Part shown: positions 54,656 to 64,000 of the stretch, one piece after another | Layout of the letters: every line of letters begins with the position of its first letter | Position numbering within the stretch: position 1 is the first letter of the stretch | Assembly: GCF_001194135.2 (NCBI RefSeq) | Contig: NC_068985.1 | Span: 54,389,659 to 54,453,658, forward strand | DNA: 64,000 nt | Direction of reading: 5' to 3' | DNA from: Octopus bimaculoides | Taxonomy: Eukaryota | Position numbers and translations under genes: made by a program | Notes under the pieces: generated by a model | The model's input: only the letters and a program-made list of their open reading frames with translations | What the model was told of the DNA's origin: nothing | The model's database searches: none

Positions 54656-56053
54656 CTACCCCAACATATAATTTACTGTGTTTCAGTCGTTGGAGTGTGG
54701 CCATACTGAAGCACTGCCTTAAAAAGTTTTAATCGAAAAGATCGACTTTAACATTAAATTTAAAGTTTGGTACTTAAGGCTGTAGGTTTTTTTTTGTTTG
54801 TTTGTTTTACCGAACCGCTATGTCACATAAACCAACACCGGTTGTCAGGCGGTGGAGGTGGGAAGACAACTACAGACACAAAGACACACACTCATATATA
54901 CAGACAGGACACAGAAGTGTGTCGATAGCCAGCTGGAGGAGATGTCCTCCTGGGGCTAAAAGCAACAGTAACATCCACCCCTCAGGGTCAGCCACATTTA
55001 AGTGGCAAATATACTTCACTTTATCGTGCAGTTACTGTTAATACCTCGTTCAGAGATTTAACATTGCTTATATATATNNNNNNNNNNNNNNNNNNNNNNN
55101 NNNNNNNNNNNNNNNNNNNNNNNNNNNNNNNNNNNNNNNNNNNNNNNNNNNNNNNNNNNNNNNNNNNNNNNNNNTATATATATATATATATATGTATATA
55201 TAGCTTCCACACAGTTTCTGTCTTCTAAATTCACTCACAATACATTATTCGGCTAGGGGCTATAGTAGAATTCATTTGCCCAAGATTCCACACTGTGGAA
55301 CTGAACTCAAAACTACATAGTTATTAAGCAAGTTTCTTAACCACACAACCTGCCTAACTATATACCTTTGTTCAGTGATGTATAAAATGTCTCTATGTTA
55401 TCATTTAGCCCGCCCCGCCCCCACACCTCCAGATCAGCTCTGATCAAGGACATTCCAATCATGACCATTTCCTCTGTTTGTATGTAAGGGACTTATGTTG
55501 CTCATTCTATTGCTCTTTAAGGTGCTAGAGAGGTTTGAGAGATATTTGGTTGCTATTTCTAGTTGCTCAAACGACTACCTAGAGGCTCTCTCGTTGGCCC
55601 TTGACACTTGTCTGCTTATCAGTGATCTGTTCCCATTAAAACTTTTTATGTAGATGAGAAGTCAGATGCAGTTTCACTAACCAAGCTGAATGGCTGTTGG
55701 TGGTGGTGTTTATCCACATGACACTCCTGATTGGACAAACCTATGATTAAAGGTGTTCAAGCAACAATCATCCCATCTTTGTTTAAAGTATAATGTATCC
55801 AAAACTGCATTATCCCAGATACATATACCGCCTCCTATTTTTAAGATGTATAGGTGAGACTCAAGAGAGATTTTGCTGCTATTTCTAGCGGGTCGGAGAC
55901 ATGTCATTCACCACTTTGTTTTATTTTACTGACAAATGAAAAAATTTAGTAGAAGATTCAAGTAAGTATTTTTGGCTCAGGAATTAGAGGGGTTAATGGT
56001 CTGGGTTTATGGTTAGTAAGGGTTAAGAGTTTGGGTTAATATTCTGCCTGTAA

Positions 56054-56634
56054 AAGGCAGCAAGCTTGCAGAATCATTAGCACACCAGGCAGAATGCTTA
56101 CCAACATTTCATCAGTCCTCACATTTTGTGTTCAAATTCCACCAGGGTTGACTTTGCTTTTCATCATTTTGGGTTTGAGTACTGGGGTCAATGCAATCAA
56201 ATTTACCTCTTCCTAGAAATTGCTGGCCTTGTGCCAAACTTTGAAATCAGTATTCTGCCTGTAAAATAATTTGTGCTAACACATGTCGCCATTTTAAGAA
56301 AACCATGCTACATCCATTGAGAATAACTCTACATTGATATACTTTAATCATAAAATGTGGTTTATTCATCTAAAAGTAGGTTATAGTTTAAATCACCAGC
56401 CAAACTATTGTACACTATATTTCTTTATTTCCCACAAGGGGCTAAACATAGAGGTGACAAAAGGATTAAGTCAATTACATCGACCCCAGTGTGTAACTGG
56501 TACTTATTTAATCAACCCTGAAAGGATGAAAGACAAAGTCAACCTCAGCAGAATTTGAACTCAGAACGTAACAGCAGACAAAATACCGCTAAGCATTTCA
56601 CCCGGCATGCTAATGATTCTGCCAGCTCGCCACC
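56054..56634. mobile_element. Inverted pair of family 2 SINEs (56054-56250 + and 56455-56634 -)
   Basis: The two copies align as reverse complements about 200 bp apart. Confidence 0.8.
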
Positions 56635-57109
56635 CTATTGTACACTATATATTAATAAGCTACTGCTCCTAGTTGTATTTATTAAATAGTCATGACTAAG
56701 AGAAAGGAATACACTGGCCTAGGGCACTAAATTTTCTAACACTGGCCCTGCAGACAACAGCAAAGACTCTCCAACATGGTTGTGACATGATCTTGTCTTC
56801 TATAGCACAATGACAAAATTACTGTTTATATCAAGGAAACGATCTCCTTCACTTCCTCTAATCTTTAACAACACATCACCACCACCATCATTTTATGTTC
56901 CCCTTTCCATAATAGCATGGATTGAACAGGTATATCATGGCCTTAGTTAGTTATTCTGGTTAACTGCCTTCCTGGATGGTTTGGGAAGATCATGTCTCAT
57001 TATGCAGGTTCTGTTTTGGCAAGATGCCCTTAATACCAACCACTTTACAGCGTGTATTGTATTCATTTCATAGCCTTCTTATTCAGGGTTGGAAAATACT
57101 TTAACTCCA

Positions 57110-57420
57110 TTCCCCTGTTGATTCTCTTACAAAGCCCAAGTTAAACCTGCAATAAAATACTGCACCCACACAACCTAGATCTAAAGGAATGCCATCCAAC
57201 TGACTGGTAAAGATTCACTATAAGACTACAACTTGTGGCCTATGATGACTTCTCATTCTGCCTAATTTATCACTATAACAGTCAACACTCTCCCTATTTG
57301 CACTCTGCTCTCTGTCTCTACGTCAGGCCCTACACTAACACACTAAATACTGTACATAGATCCTTCTTCACCAGGGTATCAACTCAAGAATTTTCTTCCC
57401 CCCTACCATGACCACCACCA
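57110..57420 (+). mobile_element. CR1/L2-like LINE 3' remnant
   Basis: Resembles the 3' part of the 24960-26200 element; recognised by eye only. Confidence 0.35.
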
Positions 57421-57739
57421 CCACCACCAGGTGTTTTTCCTTCAAACATTGACTTCCTAGATGACCAAGCTAAACATCAGCTGTTTAGATCTCTGGAGTT
57501 TTGGAGGGCTTTCAAAGATGGTAGGCACTTCTATTTCTTCCCGGATTAAACCATAACAATTACTAAAAAAAACTAAATAAGCAATCATTCATTCCAGCTC
57601 TGTAATACAATGTGATATTTTTTATCGTAGCCTAAATCAACAATAATCCACTGTCATTGCTTAAATCAACAATTGTTGAAACAGTTTAAAGCTAATTTCC
57701 AGAACATGGTTTTTTTTTTTTAAGACTGCTTTATTATCA

Positions 57740-57777
<38 letters not shown>

Positions 57778-59143
57778 GGTGGCAAGCTGGCAGAATCGTT
57801 AGCATGCTGGGCAAAATGCTTAATGGCATTTCATTCGTCTTTACATTCTGAGTTCAAATTCCGCCAAGGTTGACTTTACTTTTCATCCTTTCAGGGTCAA
57901 TGAAATAAGTGCTAGTTATGCACTGGGGTCAATATAATTAACTAGCCCCCTCACTCAAAATTTCCGGCTTTGTGCCTAAAGTAGAAAGGATTATTATTAT
58001 TATCATCATCATCATTAATTCTTATTTCTCAGGGCTTTCGACCTTTCTTGCTGCTGTTAATTCCTTGAGACCAGACAGCAGCCTCTTTTCAAAGGTCTCT
58101 CAGAGTCTCTTTCCACAAATTATAAGACTTGGTAGCTAGTTGTTTAACACCCATGTGCCAATCTCAAAATCTTTTCTGTCCCCAATAAAGCAGTTTTATT
58201 ATTAAACTGTTCTGCACACTATTGTCCAGTCCCCATGTATTTCTGACTTGTGGGTTTATGTTAAATGCTTGCTGTTACTTGTAGGACAGATCTGGCTATC
58301 AGTTAAGTCCATTGTGAAAATAGTTCCACCACCTTCCTTTGGCTGAGGTGGGTAGGCTGTCTTTTTTTGCTTGATAGCCTTAGTGAAAGAGGTTGTGTGA
58401 TGGACCAGATTGAAAGGGCTGAAGACAGATACTTTCCTCTTTGGCCTAGCTGTCATCGACTTTTTCATGTTTCGCTTAGAAAGGAAAAGTGGGGTGGAGA
58501 GGGAAGTGCTGGCTCCCAGTAATTTTCTTAGGTGGGTGAATGTTGCCAGAATAGTTTAAATAAACAAGTCTACTCTAAGCATGCACTTGTGAGTTGAAGA
58601 AGGGCAATGTAGAGAGGACACTTGCCTTAGTGATCTGGGCAACCATGGATTTTGTAGGGTCTTCAAAAGCAACCCTAGAAAGTTTCCCTCTTTTGAAGAA
58701 TTATTCAATTTTATTATTTTATATTGCTACTGCTTTTTTTTTTTTTTTTTTTTNNNNNNNNNNCACGGTCAACTTTACCTTTCATCTTTTGGGGGTCGAT
58801 GAAATAAGTACCAGTTACACACTGGGGTTGATGTAATCCATTAGCCCCCTTCCCCAAAATTTCAGACCTTGTGACTACAGTAGAAGGGATTATTACTATT
58901 ATTAAGACAGTGAGCTGTCTGAATTGTTAATAAATAGGAGAAAAGGCTTGGCTGCATTTTTTCTGACTCTATGTTTTGAGTTCAAATCCCGCCAAGATCA
59001 ACTTTGTCTTTCATTCTTTCAGGAGCAATAAAATAAAGTCCCAATCACCAATCAAAAACACTGGGGCTGGTGTAATTGACTAATTCCTTCTCCCTAAAAT
59101 TGCTTGCCTTTCGTCAGAATTAGAAGGAATAGTAATAATAATA

Positions 59144-59181
<38 letters not shown>

Positions 59182-59323
59182 AAGGACAGTGTATACTCAG
59201 AACTGGTTGTGGTGATGTAAATACTTGCAGTATTTAGTAACATACCTCTACATTCTGAAACTCTATTGATTATGAATCTGATTAATACAAGCTTTTTTTA
59301 ATTTATTCTGAAATAGATTAAAG

Positions 59324-59622
59324 TGTAGGCGCAGTTACCTCCCTTGACTGTGGGTTTAAACAAGCTGGCCCATAGAGGGTATTATGCAACATTAAGGTTC
59401 AGAGACTCATCTTTTTTCTTGCCAAGACATGATCTAGTCTCTCTCTCTCACACCACACGCCAGTGAGCAGATAGGAGAAGACCATATCCTCCACGCATCA
59501 AACCATTTCCATTTGTCATTCAGCTTATATATATATATGTGTGTGGCCACATTAAAGGTATTTAAAGTTACCACCTTGTTCCATGTATTTCTTTATACCG
59601 TGTTCCTGTCAAATGATATTAC
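59324..59622 (+). mobile_element. Putative Gypsy 5' LTR
   Basis: Starts TGTAGG, ends ATTACA, contains ATTAAA; followed by PBS-like motifs and gag/pol remnants. No 3' LTR found. Confidence 0.45.
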
Positions 59623-61440
59623 AGCCTTAGATGGCTCCACAACCTATCCATCTAAAATGTTGACCCTGACGCAGCAGGGACACCTATCCAACTAAAATGG
59701 TGACCCAATGTATAACGCAGACTATCTAAAATGATGACCCCAATGTTCCTGACCACTAAACTAACTAAAATGACACGACGTGGAATACATCAACTCAATG
59801 CAACACACACCACAATTCTTTCTAAAATGGTGAACCCCAGACAAATTTTGACGAGTGAATATGTGTTCCTTTTTCCTCCTTTGCGACTTCATCTACGCAA
59901 CCAGACTGCCATTCATCATATAGGAACATACCACTGATGTTTCTCAACACCATATTGTCTTCTTCACCAGAAAATTTTTGGTGCCATTTTCAAGTGGATA
60001 ACTGCAAATCATTTTTCCTTGTGTTGTGACTGGGTTTGGAACTTGGTCCTTGGAAGACACAGTGTCCTAGGGGAATATTCTTCTTGCTTGTAAAAAAAGG
60101 AAAAAAAAAAAATTATCCGGAATTTTCTCCAGAATTCACAGGGACAACAAATTTTTGCTACATGCCAGGTATGAGTTCTTTCTCTCAACCACCTGGATTA
60201 TCCACATGTTGCCCATGTTTTGTTCCTTATCTATTGGCAAGGACTTCTCCTATTTTCATCTTCTGCTACTGAAAAAAATTTCCTAGTTCGCTGCTCATTG
60301 TGTCTTCTTTCAACTAGGGTATTTGACTGCTGTTTCTAACAGCATTTCTGTCAACCAGCTTGTTCTTCATGGCATTCCATTTCCTATTATCATCAAGATG
60401 AGTCCCTTTCCTTTGCCACCATGCGCTTCTTCGTCCTCCTCTCTAGCTTATATTTCTTCTGCTCCAGATGACACACAATCCTCCGCAATCTTGTGGGCCA
60501 TTGCAGAACTGACCTGTTAAGTCGCACACATGTGCAGGGACCATTCATTTTCAATGAATCATTCTGAAGGGAGAACCAGACGTCGCTCCTTTTTGCATGG
60601 ACGCACACCTCATGCTTCAATTTGCTGGTACCACAGGAAGGTGCGTCATCATCAGATATTGCCACAGTTTTAGAGCAATCTGTCAACAACCGAAGCCAGC
60701 CATTAGCCTTCTTCTCTCGCCAGCTGAAAAAATGCCGAATTGAGATACAGTGTGTTTGGTAAAGAACTCTTAGCAATTTACCTGGCAGTGAAGGTAGAGA
60801 TTTCATGATTTTCACCAATCACAAACCACTAACATTCGCTCTCTTTACCAAAATGGATCGGTACTCGCCCAGAGAAACAAGGCATTTGGACTACATATCA
60901 CAGTTCACTAGTGACATTCGCCACATCACTGGCACTGACAACTTCCCCACCGACGTCTTATCCTGCCTGTCTATCAGTGCATTGTCGTCACCTGCTTTGA
61001 TTGATTTGGCTGCTTTGGCTACTGACCAACCCTCCATGGACTCTCTGGACGTCTCTTCACTACAGTTTTTTCTGCTGCAAGTTTGAACACCTGCTTCTGC
61101 CTTTTTTCTGAAGGAGCCATTCTCTGCGCTGTTTCTACCGGGTCAGCATGACCTCTCATTCCTGAATATCACTGTTGTGCTGTTTTTGAAGCACTGCATT
61201 CACTGTCACAACCCAGCATTGCAGCCACAGTAAAGCTTATCTCAGCCCATTTTTTCTGGCCGAGTATGTATTGGTCTATTACTGCTTGGTCACGTGCCTG
61301 TCTCCCATGTCAGCATTCCAAGATGCATCATCATGTGAGAGCACCTCTTGGACACTTCCAACTACTAGACACCAGGTTCCATCACATACACATCGATCTG
61401 GTTGTTCCTTGGCCGGTCAGTTGCAGATTTACTTATATAT
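59623..61440 (+). mobile_element. Ty3/Gypsy internal remnant: leader, gag end, RNase H, integrase N-terminus; protease and RT apparently deleted
   Basis: SICWYHR (gag); PLAFFSRQL; IFTNHKPLTF..SPRETRHLDYISQFTSDIRHITGTDN; LHSLSQPSIAATVKLISAHFFWPSM..CLPCQHSK..FHHIHIDLV. Confidence 0.9.
59643..59852 (+). repeat. Five CTAAAA + tRNA-Trp PBS-like units separated by variable spacers
   Basis: CTAAAATG at 59652, 59692, 59726, 59765 and 59822; each followed by a degenerate TGGTGACCCCGACGTG. Confidence 0.7.
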
Positions 61441-63084
61441 TGAACTCTGCTTTAAAGACTGGAACTTTTCCTTGTCTGTGCATTGTATTGCATTTCAGTT
61501 GTCTGCTTTTTGGTGGGTTTTTTTTCACTTTTCTTTGCATATCATTTCCTTTTTCAGAACCTTATTTATGTATGTACATATTTTTGAATATTGTGTATAT
61601 TACATGTTAACTTGTTTCAATGTTCATACACACATGCACCACATTCTAGGATTTTAGTTGCTTTCTCATTGCTCCTGCCTACTAGCACCTCCAGCCTCTG
61701 CAAGCGACCCACCGCTCTTGCAGGCTTACAACACTAGTCTCTGCAAGTGACCTACCTCTCATATCAAGATAAACAGCACTTGACCTTACAGGTGGAACCC
61801 AGTTAGAATTTTATTCAAGACAAGTAGCCCATCCTGCTCAAAAAAATCCCTGAATAAGGGATAAGGATGATGAACAAAAACATCCATATTTCCAGAAATG
61901 AATTATTCAAACTCCAAAGAATTGCTCTCAGCGCATGGTTATGATACTCCCCAACTACTCCTGTTCTTGATCAGAGATGTGCATATCATCAGCCACCAAG
62001 GGACATACTTAACTGGTTATGGTCAAGCAAATGATAAGCAGATCAGTGGTATTGAGCAGAATATTTGCTATAGCCCATCTTTCACACCAAGACAAAACAT
62101 GTACATGTTAACACTTCCCATCATTTAAGATCAGAACCCATGAGAGTCACTGACTAGTACTGCATTATTATTATTAGGGCTACATCTCTATCGTCCTCTC
62201 CCTCTTTTTTTAAACCTCTGTATACTATGTATAAGTCCCTCCCTTTTCATTGTATACTGTGTATACTTACATTTCTCTTTTTTTTTTATATATATAATTA
62301 TCTTATCATTTCATTATATGTAAACCCCCACACTTTATTTCTCTCTTTGTATTGTCCCCTTCGTCCTTCACCCTGGGGCAAATAAATGAAATCATCATCA
62401 TCATTATTATTATTATTATTATTATTATTAAGGCAGCAAGCTGACAGAATTGTTAGCACACCGAGCAAAATGCTTAGTGGTATTTCGCCCATCACAACGT
62501 TCTGAGTTCAAATTTTAGTGAGGTTAATTTTGTCTTTCATCCTTTCGGAGTCAATAAAATAAGTACCAGTCAAGCACTGGGGTCAATGTAATCAACTAGT
62601 CCCCTCCCTCAAAATTTCAGGCCTTGTGCCTATAGTAGAGCGGATTATTATTATTAATATCATTATTATTGATTTATTTCCTTTTACTCTTTGCTCTTCG
62701 TTTTTAGTGACATTATTTCACTTGTATTTGTCGTTAATAGTGCTCACTATTTACTTTGAAGTCATAGTCAACATGTCAATGTATTTTCACTTCTTTGAAT
62801 TATTATTGATCTCTGTTCTTCCTCTGCCACTACTTTGACTACAATAAAATCATGTCTCTAAATTCAACCACACCATTTTTTCTTGGTTTTACTGCTCATT
62901 TTCTTGAACTTAAAATTAAACTACATATTTAATGCAGTAATCCAGTCAATGTAAACCACTTCTTCAAACTTATTTATTCATCAGTAATATTTCAAACAAA
63001 TTCATTAGATGTGCTTAACCCTACTCTATCTCTGCTGCTCATTCATGTGTTTGTGTGTATTTATATATGCATATATATGTAATG

Positions 63085-63228
63085 TGGTTGATGTTAGGAA
63101 GGACATTCAACCATAAAAACCCTGCCAAAACAGATAGTGAAGCCTGGTGCAGTCTTCTGCTTAGCCAGGCCCCGTCAAACCATCCAACCCATGTCAGCAT
63201 GGAAAACAGACATTAAATTATGATGATA

Positions 63229-63263
<35 letters not shown>

Positions 63264-63547
63264 GATTTTCGAGTGAGATCGTTGCCAGTGCCCCTGGACT
63301 GGCTTGTGCGGGTGGCACATAAAAGACACCATTTCGAGCGTGGCCATTTTCGTGCGGGTGACACATAAAAGCACCCACTACACTCTCTGAGTGGTTGGCG
63401 TTAGGAAGGGCATCCAGCTGTAGAAACTCTGCCAAATTAGATTGGAGCCTGGTGTTGCCATCCGGTTTCACCAGTCCTCAGTCAAATCGTCCAACCCATG
63501 CTAGCATGGAAAGCGGACGTTAAACGATGATGATGATGATGATGATG

Positions 63548-63585
<38 letters not shown>

Positions 63586-63800
63586 ATCTATATATATCAT
63601 CATCATTTAACGTCCACTTTCCATGCTGGCGTGGGTTGGACAGTTTGACCAGAGCTGATAAGCTGGAGAGCTGTACCAAGTTCCAGCCTGATTTGGTTTG
63701 GCTTCTATGGCTGGATGTCATTCCTAATGCCAACTACTTTACTGAGTGAGTTGGGTGCCTTTTACAAGGCACCAGCACAGGTACTTTTTACATGAACTGG
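63085..63800. mobile_element. Cluster of RTE-tail-like repeats ending in (GAT)n: two tandem copies then one inverted copy
   Basis: ccaacccatg..gcatggaaa..ggacgttaaacgatgatg at 63085-63225 and 63262-63548; reverse copy 63597-63800; young copies also at 23625-23800 and 39168-39335. Confidence 0.8.
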
Positions 63801-64000
63801 CATCAGGGCTCTTCAAGACAAAAACCTCTTCAGTTGGGTGGGAGAAGCATTAATAATTTTGCTGTGGTGTACATCAAGGTGCCATATGTGAGAGTGTGTG
63901 TGTGTGTATAATGTGTGTTACAAACCTTAAGCAGCTGAAAGTGTTTTTAATGAAAAAACTGAAATATACTTGAAGTCTATGGTTTGATAAAGACTTTGTA

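Noticed and set aside
59643-59852. Calling the repeat-spacer array a CRISPR
   Set aside because: Eukaryotic context, degenerate non-palindromic repeats matching a tRNA 3' end, no cas genes; better explained as a retroelement leader.

Overview
AT-rich, microsatellite-dense eukaryotic DNA with nine N gaps. The repeat families and draft style suggest an octopus or other coleoid cephalopod; this is inference from recognition, not a search. None of the listed six-frame ORFs is a complete gene: they are N-gap or microsatellite artefacts, SINE read-throughs, transposon remnants, or partial overlaps with short exons. By eye, CpG retention and A/T strand skew split the window into three gene bodies. 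Gene A is on the minus strand (~29.4 kb to <1 kb) and its exons are unresolved. Gene B is on the minus strand (~49.6 to 37.1 kb); six small exons splice in phase into a 106-aa C-terminal segment I cannot assign to a family. Gene C is on the plus strand from ATG 50179 and lies head-to-head with gene B. Introns hold decayed RTE, CR1/Jockey-group, RLE-type and Penelope-like retroelements, a mariner, a Gypsy remnant, hAT-, Merlin- and piggyBac-type MITEs, and many SINEs. The two most unusual observations are a CpG-decayed minimal hammerhead ribozyme on the sense strand of a gene B intron (39381-39490), and five tandem tRNA-Trp primer-binding-site-like motifs with unrelated spacers behind the Gypsy LTR (59643-59852).
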